Assembly: GCA_964016885.1 (NCBI GenBank)
Contig: OZ024761.1
Coordinates: forward strand, 10,540,001 to 10,604,000
Reading direction: 5' to 3'
Length of the DNA: 64,000 bases
Source: Eledone cirrhosa
Lineage: Eukaryota
Both the position numbers and the translations under genes were made by a program. The stretch's first letter is position 1. Each line of letters begins with the position of its first letter. The notes beneath the pieces are model-generated. The model saw only the letters and a program-made list of their open reading frames with translations. It did not search any database and was not told the origin of the DNA. Positions 14,226 through 27,790 of this stretch are shown in pieces.

Positions 14226-15440
14226 TCATCATCATCATCATCACCGTTTTACGTCCGTTCTTCCACGCTAGCATGGGTTAGACGGGTTGTCCTGTTGTGG
14301 GCAGTGTCTGGTCGGCTGACCATGCCTTGCTCATACAGGAACTGATCTGGCTTGATTTCTACAGCTGGATGCCCTTCCTAACACCAACCTCATTTACAGT
14401 GAGTGCTGGGTGCTTTTTCGTGGCGCCTACACGTCCACTTTACAGTGTGGGCTGGGTGCTTTTTTGCCGTGGCACCTCCACGACCACCTTGCGGTGGGGG
14501 GGGGGGGGGGGGGCATATTGTTTATATGCTTCAGCATGTACCCATGGGAGGTCGGGTACCCTGTATTACTGCGTGACGCCAGAAGTCACGGTCGTGTGTC
14601 ATTGACTTTGAGAGGTGTAGTTGGGTAAGGTCGGCTTTTATCACCTCATCCCAAGTCATCTTGGGTCTCCCCACTCCGCGGTTTCCATCAACTTCTAGTG
14701 CTCTGCACCTTTTTATGCAGCTGTCATCCTTCATACGCATCACATGTCCATACCAGCGTAACCGCCTCTCCTGCACGCAGCATTTGATTCCTCTTATGCT
14801 CAGTCTCTCTCTCAATTCATTTATGCTTTGTCGTTCACGTATATTACTGTTACACATCCATCGGAGCATGCAGGCTTCGTTTCTCTCTAATCTACGTAAG
14901 TCTTCCACCTTCAGCGCCCAGGTCTCACTACCATGCAACATCGCTGTTCGGATACACGCATCATACAGTCTGCCTTTCATTCTGAGGGAGAAGCCTTTTG
15001 CAGCTAGCAGTGGTAGTAGTTCCCTAAACTTCTTCCATCCCGTTCTTACCCTAGTTATTGTACTTTCTGAGCACCCACCTCCGTTGCTAATTCGGTCACC
15101 TAGGTAGCAGAAGCTGTCTACTGTTTCTACAGGGCCCTCCCAGAGATTGGTGGTACTTGTTTCCTGTGGCTGTTTGCTTGCTGTTTCAGCACAGCTGCTG
15201 CATGTGAATCCTACATTCTTAATTAAGCTTCCTGAGATCCCGCTACATCTCTTGTGTACCCATTGTTTGCATTTGGGGCAAAGAATGGAGTTCCTACCTA
15301 CACCTTTCCTACATACTGAGCAAGGCCATTTCCCTGAGGGGATCTGGGTTCTGTTTTCTCGTCTACTTATAAGGACCTTAGTCTTTGTCATGTTGACTTT
15401 GAGGCCCTTTCTCTCTAGTCCCTGCTTCCAGGTTTGGAAT
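14223..15440 (-). mobile_element. 5'-truncated copy of the same RTE LINE, inserted in a (TA)n run
   Basis: Colinear with 58697-59914 at a constant offset of 44474. I saw one amino-acid difference (KDDS vs KDNS). (TA)n on both sides. Confidence 0.95.
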
Positions 15441-15714
15441 ATATATATATATATATATATAGTAACGTATATTGTATATATTTTTGTATGAGTCACATTT
15501 TTCCCTATAAAAGTACATGAAAAACTAGCTTGTTTATTTACTGAACCTACATTGTAAATATTCTTCTTTGCCCACTTATTCCTGAGAGGGTCATGGAGAC
15601 AGAGTCCTCAAATGCACCTTCCTGAGAGAAATATCAGAAGCAACTTTCTCAAAAATGATCCAGCCGGATCTCCAAGTGAGAACAACTGCACACACACACA
15701 CACACACACACATA

Positions 15715-17005
15715 CAGGGTAGGGCATAAAAACTGTTACAAAATAAAATGCAAATAGTTCTTGAACAAAACTTTTATTTCAAGATCTGACTTCAACAAAT
15801 AGTAAGTAATATACTATTAAACAACTGCACAAAAATTTATTCGAAATGCTTTCCTCTAACTCTCACTACTGCTCGAAGTCTTCTAGGAAAGTCTTCGATG
15901 GCTGCACGAACAGTTTCCATGGGTATTTTCTCCCATACTTTATTCAGTTTTGATTTTAGAATTTCAATATTTTGGCTAGGAGTAGAGCAAGAATTGACCA
16001 TAAAGAAAAATCGAGAGGATTGAGATCTGGTGATGTGGGAGGCTACTCTTCCTTACTGATCCATGCAGGACAATGGTCTCTACACCACTGTTGTGTTACG
16101 CGAGCAGTGTGGCTCGTCACTCCATCTAGTTGGAGAGTCCAAATGTCATCGCCATAAACAGATGTGCACCATGGCATTAGTGCTCCTTCCAAAATATCCT
16201 TTATGTAAAGTTTGTTGTTAATTTTAACTCCTTGAAGCACAAAAATCAGAGGAGACTTCCCTCTTTCAGAAATGGCTGCCTAAACCATCACTGATGCTGG
16301 TTTCTGTGTTCTGAACACTTTTCCTACACTTGAAGGAATTGATTGGAGACTTTTTGCAAGTACTCGATCATTTTGATGATTGTGAGACTGCTGCAGAGTG
16401 AATAACTTCTCATCTGTAAAGATGATGTTTTGCAGCGTGCCATCCTAGATACGGTTCAATAACATTTTACTTCTGGAGAGCCTCTTTTCAATTGTGGCTG
16501 CAGAAAGAAGCTGCCTCTTTTGGAACTTATAGGGTGACATCCCCAGATCATCTCGACATATCCTCCGCATAGTTCTCGGCGATGTTTCTGCTTCTTCTGC
16601 CATTTTTCTCATGGACCTTCTTGGATTACGCCTCATTTTTTCCCTCACACTTTTAACGAGTTTTGGTGTTCTTGAGATGCGAGGGTGTCCGGATCAAGGT
16701 CTGTCTTTGGTCGAGGAAGTTTCCTTAAATCGATCAATTGTCCTTTTGATCAACATTCTATTGATCTTAAGAGTTTTCCCCAGTTTAAATATCTCGGGTG
16801 GAGTCAGGCCTTTTTCATGCTTCTCTATTATGAACTTTCTTTTCAATTCTATGGACATTGCAAATTGTTAATGGCGTAATGTCCTGAAAAATAGTTAATA
16901 TGTTTATAGTGCATGGATTTGATACAAATATATTAGTTATATTAGCAACATAATGTATTTTTAAATTGATTTAAAACTTTGTAATAGGAATTATGCCCTA
17001 CCTTG
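15715..17005 (-). mobile_element. Tc1/mariner-superfamily DNA transposon, DD37D (maT) family, full length (1291 bp), inactive
   Basis: Imperfect TIRs of about 28 bp (cagggtagggcataaaaactgttacaaa and tttgtaataggaattatgccctaccttg), each flanked by TA, with a transposase relic inside. Confidence 0.92.
15837..16858 (-). pseudogene. DD37D transposase pseudogene
   Basis: MSIELKRK... HTH region, IFTDEKLF, HNHQNDRV, QLDGVTSH, (W)PPTSPDLNPLDFSLWSIL, with 37 residues between the second and third Asp. At least four in-frame stops and an apparent C-terminal deletion. Confidence 0.9.
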
Positions 17006-18090
17006 TATATACTTGTGTAAAAGTCACACCTTTTTCCATTGAAAATACATGAAAAACCAGTGTGTGACTCATCCAGCGGAACTAAGAAAACCTCAGTTTA
17101 AACAGAAATGCAGTGAGATTTATAGCTGACAAGTAAGCCGGTTTAGCTGGATCATACAAGTCTACGTCTCCAAATTTATGGTACATTGTAAATACTGTAT
17201 GTAAAATGGAGGGGAATCTGATTTATATATACAAATATACAAGTGTATCTGCTGCATTGAGTATGCAGAATATTTAATTATACCTTTGGGGTTGTTGTTG
17301 GTTTTTTTTTTTTTTGCATATCTTCATTGGGGAAACTATGAGTTTCATACAAGTTACACCCATTTTTTTTGCTGATTAGATTTTTTTTAATGAATATCTC
17401 TTTTCCTTGTTTAATTATTGCTGTATGGCTTAAGGAGTTTGTTTCAGAAACATGTGGGAGGGTGTTTGTTTTTTTGTTGTTGTTTTTTTTTTTTAGATAA
17501 ATATAACCATTTTGAAACGAACATCTACATTACAGATCCTGGAGAGGGTTTTTAGACAAATATAAACATTTTGAAACAAACAACTTTAGATTGAGGAGAG
17601 ATTTTAGGTGATTTGCCTCCAAAAGGGTTAACAATTTCTGCTGACATGTTCATGATGCGGCATTTATAAAGCCATTATTGAGTTCATATATTGTCAACTG
17701 TAATCAGCCATATTCTGTTTCTTATCCCTAGCAACCATGTCATAAAGGGTTGGGTGGACCCTTCAGTCATTGCATGACAACCTCTCTGGTGCTGGTGCCA
17801 TGATAAAGCACTCAGGATACTGTAAAGTGGTTGGTAATGAGGGGCATCCAGCTGTAGAAAACTTACCAAACAAAGGGTTGGGAAGATTGTCTGTTGTGTC
17901 AAAGACATGACAACCTCTCCTAGAACTGGTGTCATGATAAAGTGCGTCCAGTACACTCTGTAGATGGTGGGAACATATAGAAGTGAAATGCAAACTCTGG
18001 CCTGTCTGAGATATCAGTAGCTCTGTTTGAATACTGAATTTCTCTGTGGTGATTTGTTTAACGTTTGCTGTTAAACGATGATGAATATCA

Positions 18091-18155
<65 letters not shown>

Positions 18156-19439
18156 CGCAAGAGTCAATGGTATATAGTATAGTAGTAGTAGTAGTGGTGG
18201 TGCAATTGGATTGCGTTCACAGCCGGTATGCCAAGATGAACACTCGATGCTATTGGGGAGCAGAGTATCAATAATAATAATAATTAGGGAACAAAAAATC
18301 AGTGTTGCATATTTAAATACATATTACATATGTTTCACTGTTGATCAGCTCAAGGAACGATCGATTATGTTCGTTCCTGACTCTGGAATCTCTTGATATG
18401 TAATCAAATATGTAAATGATGCAATACTGATTCTTTATTCACTAATTATTATTATTATTATTGTTATGAATGTGGTGAGAATGGTCTGTGTGAGTGGGCC
18501 TACTCTGATCATGCGCCTGTAGGCTGGTGAATTTGAGGAGGAGAGGGGTACCCTTCCCAAGTGCCCTCAAAGAGTCGGGTGGTTCAGGATCGGTGGGGTA
18601 CCTGAGCCAGCTCATTGACGAATTCTCATTGTTGTTATTCATTTTTTTTTTTTACACATTTTATATGTAAACCTCCACTGTCCCCTATATGTCAGCCCTT
18701 GTGGCCAATAAATGAAACTATTATTATTATTATATATGGATTGGCAGTATCGGTAGAGGGTCGGATGCCATGCTTTGACACATAGAGTTACGGCCCTTGC
18801 CATTCTGAGTTCATATCCCGCCGAGGTTAACTTTGCCTTTCATCCTTACGGGGTCGATAAAATAAAGTACCAGTAATGCACTGGGATAATTGCTGGCCTT
18901 GTGCCAAAAGTAGAAACAATTATATATATGTATGTGTGTGTATGTGTATATATGATGGGCTTCCTTACAGTTTTTGCCTCCCAAATGATTTGGTTTGAGG
19001 TTATATATGAACATATTTTGTTAATTGCTATGCAGTAGAATAGAACTGAAGGCTACATAGTTGTGATGTGAACTTTTTAACTACAAAACCATGTCAACAC
19101 CTATTACACAACACAAATAAAAAACAATCAAAAGCTGGGTAGCAACAACCTTAGTTGATAACACAAGTATCATGTATAGAATTTCCCCAGTGCCACTCTC
19201 TAGATTATTAGTCATGGAAGAGGCTATGTTCATATGAAATCCTAAGTCTGAACATGACAAGATAGACAGACAGATAGATAGTGAGTGAGTGGTATCCTAG
19301 CAACTACTAGATAATGGTACCTGGTACTATGGGTTAAACTATTTCTTGATTTTCTAAGTAAAAAAAAAAACAGAAACAGAAAATGCTGATGTCAACAGGA
19401 AAATATTTCGAATCCTGAAGTAAAATCTGTTATCTCCTG

Positions 19440-19775
19440 TGAGCTTCAACAATTTGAGGTCAGCTCTTACTACTTTCATCTAGGTCTTCTTTGGTCTACC
19501 TCTACTGCTGCTTCCTTCCACTGGGATTACTTGGCACTTCTTCACCCAGCAATCACCATCCTTATGCATCACATGTCCATACCAACACAGTCTCTCCTCT
19601 CCTCTCCTGCATACTTCATCTAATTCCTCTTATACCCAGTTTCTCCCTCAGTTTATTCATCCATGCTTTATCATTTTTACACATTAACATTGCATGTCCG
19701 CTGAAGCTTGGTTGCTTCGTTTCTTTCCAGCATTCGCATATTCTCTGCGTTCACTGCTTCACATGCATCACTATG
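19440..19775 (-). mobile_element. Old degenerate RTE ORF 3' fragment
   Basis: The minus strand gives traces of MLERNEA..., WYGHVM and RGRPR, similar to the intact LINE but with indels. Confidence 0.7.
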
Positions 19776-21119
19776 GTGTGTGTGGGTGTGTCTGTGTCCA
19801 TGTGTGTGGGTGTGTATGTGTCCATGTGTGTGTATGTGTCCGTGGGTGTGTATGTGTCTGTGTGTGTGTGTGTGGGTGTGTCTGTCCATGTCTGAGTCCA
19901 TGTGTGTCTGTGTGCGTTTGGGTGTGTCTGTATGTGTGTGTATGTGTGTGTGTGTGTGCATATCTAAATCTACATTTGTGTGTGTGTGTGTGTGTGTTTA
20001 TGTCCTGTAACTTAGCAATTCGACGAGAAGGGGAGTGATAAAATAAGTACCAGGGTCCAATATGATCGACCATGTCAAGCTGGTGCCCCAGCATGGCCAC
20101 AGTGACAGAATATCAACCAGGAAGGTATTGAAGCAGTTAGACCAACGAGGTATATTGTTAGATAGAAAAGGTTTTAAAAATAAATTAAAATGACTAATAG
20201 AGAAATCTAATCCCTTCCTTTTCTCTCTAAAACTAAATTAGCTACACATGCATATATATACACACGTGCACATATACATGCATATATATATACACACATG
20301 CACATACACATGCATATATATATACACACGTGCGCATATACACACACAAACACACTCACATGCATATACTCACACAGACACGCTGACATACACACACACA
20401 CATGCATATACTCACACAGACATACACACACCCAGACATGAAATCTCTGAGTTAGTCACAGATTGTACTAATTAACCTTTAATTATGACTCCGCTCTAAT
20501 TATTCTCTCTTACATTGTCGATTTGTATTAATTGGCGAGGTGGCATTTCAGAGTAATTTTCACTAACGAGTCTCTGAGCAACTCTTTTGTGCTTGTTACA
20601 GTCATATGACTGTGGCCATGCTGGAACATAGCCTAATGGTTCGGGTGTTGGGCTCATGACTATAGCGTCATAGGTTTGATTCTTAGACTGGGTGGTGCAT
20701 TGTATTCTTGTGTAAGACTGTGGCCTCTATCATTAAAACACACGAAAAGCCTCCTAGAAGGTCAGCTAAACCTATTTAGGTGTAAGTTATAACATAGGAT
20801 TGTGTCCCCTATCATTAAAATGCATGAGAAACCCTCTAGAAGGTCAGCTATTTATGTGTGAGGTGTAACAACATAGGACTTGTGGCTCTTATCATTAAAA
20901 CACATAAGAAACCATAGTAGGCTAGCTAAACCAGATTTTTTGTTACATATTTCTCAACTTATATACGATATGGTAATCATTTTAGTACATTTCTCAGAAT
21001 TCTTCATTAAATTAATAGAAGAAATACAATCACAAAAAGGTTCCACCTTCTGATAGCAACCAACTCCAAATCAGCTCTGGACCCATAAAATAAAGCAACC
21101 CATTTTAAAAAGATCTTGT

Positions 21120-21335
21120 TTAACCTTTTAGCATTTAAACCGGCTGTATCCAACCAGAATTCCGTCACTTCTTTCTGTTCAAACCGGCTGTAACTGGCCA
21201 CTCATACTGATGTTAAAGTATTGTTCTCAGAACAAATAATATCAAAATCTCATAGATTCAGTATTATGTGAAATAAAGTGTTTACGTTGAAAATACAATA
21301 GTAAATATAGAGTAATGTAAATACCAAAGGGTTAA
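21120..21335. mobile_element. piggyBac-type MITE of about 215 bp (TTAA-CCCTTTAGCATTTA...TAAATGCTAAAGGG-TTAA), representative copy
   Basis: Terminal inverted repeats with TTAA outside. Same orientation at 7130-7356, 8682-8870, 38211-38571 (tandem), 49856-50074 and 50820-51216 (tandem). Opposite orientation at 22502-22703, 24518-24733, 30372-30623 and about 35200. Confidence 0.82.
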
Positions 21336-21692
21336 ATTAAAATTGTGGTGGTTGTGTGGTGCAGTGTGATTTGGTGTTGTGGTGGTTGTGTTGCAGTGTT
21401 AGTGGAAATAATCTTTTATTTGACCCAGACCAACCACATAGCAATTTGTCAGTGAAAACATTTAAATTTTATTATATATATATATATATATACTTTTTTT
21501 TTTTTTTGTTATAGTCTCTGCTGCTACTGTTGTTGTTGTTATCTTTGCTACTACTGTTGTTGTCATTGTCTCTGCTGCTGTTGTTGTTGTTGTTGTTGTT
21601 GTTAAATATTTCTGTGACAGTTGAATGAACAATTGTTGAGACTAGAGGTAAGGAGGGCAATGGCTGACTGTGTCAGATATTTGGACTATTTC

Positions 21693-21723
<31 letters not shown>

Positions 21724-22859
21724 CCAGACAGAGGTAGAGAGAGATATATAGAGATGAGGGAGAGAGAGGAATGATAGCTAGAGTGTAATGTAGGATATAT
21801 ATATATAGGGAGAGGAAGAGAGAGAGAGAAAGAAGCAGAAGATGGAGTGATGGGATGGGGGGAAATTCACGATTGGTCCTCCTTTCCTGTGAAAATTGCT
21901 GGAAAGTTAGGAAAAAATAAAGAATGAAAAAAAAATCCATTTAATTTCACCTTTTTGACCCCAGTTTGCCTAAAATTGCTTCTCGTTCTGACAAAAATAT
22001 TTTGTTTTAAAATGTTCTTTAAATTTAAAACAGGCAAAATTTAAAAAAAATTAAACTTTTCCGTCTTATTTTTGTAAGAACTGTTTATTTTTTTTTTAAT
22101 TTAGAATTTATATTCATAAGTTGCTCTGGTAAGAAGGTCATACCTCTATTTTACATACATTTACAATGAAGCATATATTTTGAACTAAGGTTTTATAGGT
22201 CCAGTAGATAAGTCACACCTCCATTTTACATACATTTACATTGACCATATATTTTGAACTAAGGTTTTATAGGTCCAGTAGATAAGTCACACCTCCATTT
22301 TACATACAGCATTTACAATGTACTAAATCATCATCATACAATGTCTGTTTTTCCACTAACAAGGTTTGGGACCAAGTCAGTACTTAATCGGAGACACTGA
22401 TCTCTGTGTTGTGAGCTGCATTGTATATATGCTTCTACACTCTCTACAGAAAGCACTGTGCATTTTAGTATGGCATCAACAGTAGGGAGGTTGCTATGTC
22501 TTTAACCCGTTAGCATTCACATTACTCTATATATACTATTATGTTTTCATCACCTAATCATCTCACATAATATCGAATCTATGAGATTTTGAAAGTATTT
22601 ATTTTGAGAACAATACCTTAACATCAGTTTGAGCGACCAGTTACAGCTAGTTTCAACAGAAAGAGGTAGAGAATTCTGGTCGGTTTGAACATTAAAGGGT
22701 TAACACAGCTGATGAGTTCTCTCTTTTTGGCAAGTATTTTTTATTACTGGATGCTTTTCCTATGGCTGCACCAGATTATAGAATATACTGGCTGTGTTTC
22801 ATCATGTCGCCAACACTAGAGAGGTTTTGATGCCCTTGACACAACTTAAGAGTCCAGTA

Positions 22860-23260
22860 GATAATTCACATGGTGGCCTTTCAAGTGATAATTTTGTGGA
22901 GTGTGGGTCTTATACATGAATTACATGTGGTAACTATATAGGTCAGATGATGGTCTTTCAAGTGATAATTCTGTGGAGAAATGTGGGACTTACTTATTCA
23001 CAAGTTATATATTGTAACTATATAGGTCACATGATAGCTTTCAAGTGATAATTTTGTGGAGAAATGTAGGACTTATACACGAGTTATATATTGTAACTAT
23101 ATAGGTCAGATGATGGTCTTTCAAGTGATAATTCTGTAGAGAAATGTAGGACTTATACACGAGTTATATATTGTAACTATATAGGTCACATGATGATTTT
23201 TCAAGTGATAATTTTGTGGAGAAATGTGTCTTATACATGAGTTATATATGGTAACTACTA
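22860..23260. repeat. Tandem repeat of about 80 bp, 5 units
   Basis: Recurring tttcaagtgataattYtgtggagaaatgtaggacttatacacgagttatatattgtaactatataggtca. Confidence 0.88.
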
Positions 23261-24824
23261 AACACCAATTTAATAATGGCAATGTTATTTTTAGTAAATC
23301 CCTCAAAATTCTTGAATATTTTGAAATATGGTCAACTAATATTTAAAAGGATTTTTAATAAATTAAAAATGAAGACAGTCGTTAAATTAAGTAATTTTCT
23401 ACTCATTACTGGGCTGCTAAAAACTTATAATTAATGAGGTTAATTCATATTGTTGACATTCTAAATGATGTTACCAAGTCACATATATCATGGTCTTTTG
23501 TTTGTCTCTCAATATGTCAAATCCTTAATCTCACTTTGAATTGACAAAGCCTCACTTTGAACTGATATGTCCTCACTTAGAATTACAAATGCTGTATATG
23601 TATATAGTGATTCACTTTCTCTTTTGCAGTGTTTTTTTTTCTTTTTCTTTTCTTTTTTTTTCATCCTTTATTCTTCTGGTGGCAAATCATAAAATCTGAA
23701 ACCTAACACAACATCAGTGATTGGCATACTGCATTGTTAGTAGTAGAGACAGTCACCTGGCGGGGGGGGGGGGGCATACCAGGTGTGGGTGGTGCTGGTG
23801 GTAGTGGCATACCTGCTTTATTGTCTGTCTGTCAGTCAAATAACCTTAAGCAGTTAGAGGGCTGGTTACCTAAAACCAGTCTTTCTTTTCTGCATCTTCA
23901 GTAGTAGTGGCGGTGGTGACGGTGATGGTAGCTGTAGTTGAGGAAGTGGTGGCGGTAGTACTTACTGGAAGTTGAGGTGATGGTGGTAGTAGTACTGGTG
24001 ATTGAGGTGGTGGTGGTGGTGGTGGTAGCTGTAGTTGAGGTGATGGTGGTAGTAGTATTGATGATTGCGGTGGTGGTGGTGGTAGTAGTACTTCTGGTTG
24101 AGGTGGTGGTGGTGGTAGTAGTAATACTGGTGGTGGTGGTTGAGGGGATGGTGGTTGAGGGGATGATGGTGGTGGAGGTGTTGATTGTATGATACAGAAT
24201 TGTCTCTTTTTAAGTATTTATATTTATCTGAAAACGTTCCCTCATAATTTTTATGTGAAAACCTTTGTTAAGTTATGTTCCAATCACCCCTATTTCTACG
24301 ATACAGAATTGTTTGTTTTAAAGAGTTTATATTTATCTGAAAACCTTCCATCATAATTTTACCAGAACCTTTGCTAAATTATGTTCCAAATAGCTTTAAA
24401 ATAAGAAATTTAGTTTTCTTACCCAATCCCTCCAAATTCTTGAAAATATGGTAATTAAGGGGCTAAATTGTTTATATTTATCTAAAAACCTTCCATCATA
24501 ATTTTATGCAAGAACCTTTAACCTTTTAGCATTTACATTACTCTATATTTACTATTATATTTACACGTTAAACATTTTATCCCACATAATATTGAATCTA
24601 TGAGATTTTGATATTATTTACTTACAAGAACAATACCTTAATGTCAGTATGAGCCACCAGTTACAGCTATTTTGAACAGAAAAAGGTGAGAGAATTTTGG
24701 CCGGATATGGCCAGTTTAAATGCTAAAGGATTATGTTACTAAATACCTCCAAATTCTTGATAATTTTAAATATTTGAAAATTACAGTGTCTTTCATAGAC
24801 AATATGGTAATGAAATAGTTAATA

Positions 24825-25590
24825 ACAATAATTTCTACTATAGGCACAGGGCCAGCAGTTTTGGAGGAGGATAAAGTCGATTAAATCGACATTAGAGCAT
24901 GATTGGTACTTTTATTTATCGGCCCCTTAAAGATGAAAGGCGAAGCTGAACTCGGCAGGATTTTAACTCAGAACGTAAAGGGCCGTAACTCTATGCCACG
25001 AAGCACCATGTCCGATGTCAATTCCCCGCCCTAATAATTGTTTCTACTTTTGGCACAAGGCCAGCAATTACCCCAGTGCCTTACTGGTACTTTATTTTAT
25101 CGACCCTGTAAGGATGAAAGGCAAAGTGAACCTCAGCGGATTTGATCTCAGAACGTAAAGGGCCATGACTTTATGCTGCAAAGCATAATAATTGTTTCTA
25201 CTTTTGGCACAAGGCCAGCAATTACCCCAGTGCATTACTGGTACTTTATTTTATCGACCCCGTAAGGATGAAAGGCAAAGTTAACCTCGGCGGGATTTGA
25301 ACTTAGAATGGCAAGGGCCGTAACTCTATACGTCAAAGCATGGCATCCGACCCTCTGCCAATACTGCCAAATCATGGTTTCTTATAAAGGCACAAGGCCT
25401 TGGGGAGAGAGGAAAGTCGATTAAATCGACTCCAGTACATTACTGGTACTTTATTTTATCAACCCAGTAAGGAAGAAAGGCAAAGTTAACCTCGGCAGGA
25501 TTTGAACTCAGACTGTAAAGGGTCGTAACTCTATGCCACGAAGCATGGTGTCCAACGCTCTACCGATACTGCCAATCCACCGTCCTAATA
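24825..25590 (-). mobile_element. Head-to-tail cluster of about 4 copies of a second tRNA-derived SINE family (Meta/MESC-like central domain)
   Basis: Each copy carries the reverse complement of gagttcaaatcccgccgaggttaactttgcctttcatccttacggggtcgataaaataaagtaccag. Plus-strand copies at about 11835-12250 (two), 18738-18922, 29815-30225, 39444-39637, 52735-52830 and 56118-56210. Confidence 0.8.
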
Positions 25591-25774
25591 AAAAAAATAA
25601 AGGCAGTGGTAAAATAAACTAGATGAACACAAAGCAAACATGACTCTCTCTCCCTCCTCTGCCTTAAACCAGGCGATTTGCTTCTGTGTGGTAGGGTGGG
25701 GATGGAGTAGGGTGAGGCGGGGGTGACCGATTTAAACATGGTGTTATTTTACTACCTGCTGTGTAGTTATGACT

Positions 25775-26690
25775 ACTGGTGGTGGTGGTAGTTGTGGTAT
25801 AGTGTTGTTAATGGTGGTATAGCTAGTGTTGTTGTTGATGGTGGTGGTGGTAGTGGTATAGCTAGTGTTGTTGTTGATGGTGGTGGTAGTGGTATAGCTA
25901 GTGTTGTTGTTGATGGTGGTGGTAGTGGTATAGCTAGTGTTGGTGGTGGTGGTAGTGGTATAGCTACTGTTGTTGTTGATGGTGGTGGTGGTGGTGGTAG
26001 TGGTATAGCTAGTGTTGTTGTTGATGGTGGTGGTGGTGGTAGTGGTATAGCTAGTGTTGGTGGTAGTGGTATAGCTAGTGTTGTTGTTGATGGTAATGGT
26101 GGTAGTAGTGGTATAGCTAGTGTTGTTGTTGATGGTGGTGGTGGTAGTGGTATAGCTAGTGTTTTTGTTGATGGTAATGGTGGTGGTGGTAATAGTGTTA
26201 TAGCTAGTGTTGTTGTTGATGGTGGTGGTGGTGGTAGTGGTATAGCTAGTGGTGTTGTTAATGGTGGTGGTGGTGATAGTGGTATAGCTAGTGTTGTTGT
26301 TGATGGTGGTGGTGGTGGTATAGCTAGTGTTGTTGGTAGTGTTTTACACAGTGCTGGTGGTGGTGGTGGATAGAGTATTTAGGCATAATAATGATGGTGT
26401 TGGTGGTAGTAGTGGTTTTTAGTGATATTATTGTTGATGATGTTAATGGTAGTGGTAATGGTGATGTTAGTGATGATGGTGGTGGTGGTGGTGATGTTAG
26501 TGGTGATGGTGATGTTAGTGATGATGGTGGTGGTGGTGGTGATGTTAGTGATGATGGTGATGGTGATGTTAGTGATGGTGGTGATGGTGATGTTAGTGGT
26601 GGTGGTGATGTTAATAGTGGGGGTAGTAGTTGTGGTAATGGTGATTGTAGTGGTGGTAATGGTGGTGGTGGTGGTGGTGGTGATGTTATT
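25775..26690. repeat. (GGT/GAT/GTT)n compound trinucleotide arrays. Similar tracts at 1-455, 23900-24185, 28620-28945, 37045-37205 and 39810-40440.
   Basis: Direct inspection. Higher-order units such as agtggtatagctagtgttgttgttgat are visible. Confidence 0.9.
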
Positions 26691-26783
26691 GTTTCTAAAG
26701 GATTTCTTTGAAGAACAACAATATCTATGACAGTAACATATCACCTACAATGTCTTGTTTAATTAGGACAGACTATACACACA

Positions 26784-26823
<40 letters not shown>

Positions 26824-26958
26824 CACACACACATATATATCTATGTACAATGTTCAGGTAATAAGAACACACTACATATGTATTATATATACACAGACAT
26901 ACACACCTGCTTAAGTACATATGTTTAGGTACTTATGGCACATATATACACACCTGCC

Positions 26959-26999
<41 letters not shown>

Positions 27000-27527
27000 T
27001 TATATATATATATGTATTTAGGTAGGAGTGTATATATATAGACACCTGCCTATATACATATATATATACACTCCTGCCTAAATACACATATATACACATT
27101 TGCTTAAATACACATATCTGCACACCTACCTAAATACATATATATATATATATATATACACACCTACCTAAATACATATATATACACACCTACCTAAATA
27201 TATATATATATATATACACACACCTACCTAAATACATATATATACACACCTACCTAAATATATATATATACACACCTGCCTAAATACACATATACACTCC
27301 TGCCTAAATACACATATATACACTCCTGCCTAAATACACATATATACACACCTACCTAATATACATATATATACACCTGCCTAAATACATACATATATAT
27401 ATATATATATACACACACATACATATACCATAACTTACACATGCTAAATAACACCATGTTTTATATACTCAGCTGTGGTGTTCAGATTCACAAATACACT
27501 TTCTAAGTACATTCATTGTGTGCGTGT

Positions 27528-27573
<46 letters not shown>

Positions 27574-27664
27574 TATAGTGGTGGAACACAGGAAGGTAAT
27601 ATCCATAGTGGTAGAGCACTCAGTCCAAGGGACGAGTTAGGTAGAAGTGGTTACACAACAGTTA

Positions 27665-27704
27665 CTGAGAACAATTGTTTCACCTTCGCGGATCTTCAGC
27701 TCAG
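27665..27704 (-). ncRNA. Minimal hammerhead-like motif (left arm of the palindrome)
   Basis: Minus strand CTGAG-CTGAAGA-tccgcgaaggt-GAAA-caattg-TT-CTCAG, with palindromic stem III ACAATTGT. Confidence 0.5.
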
Positions 27705-27750
27705 GATGTGTATGGTTATAGGAACAGCTGTTCCTATAACCATACACATC

Positions 27751-27790
27751 CCGAGCTGAAGATCCGCGAAGGCGAAATAATTGTTCTCGG
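27751..27790 (+). ncRNA. Minimal hammerhead-like motif (right arm of the palindrome)
   Basis: CCGAG-CTGAAGA-tccgcgaaggc-GAAA-taattg-TT-CTCGG. Stem I is 5 bp, stem II is weak. Confidence 0.5.

Noticed and set aside
25792-26744. Gly/Val-rich and Thr-rich ORFs resembling structural proteins
   Set aside because: Trinucleotide microsatellite mosaics, open in several frames and on both strands, with no splice or codon evidence.
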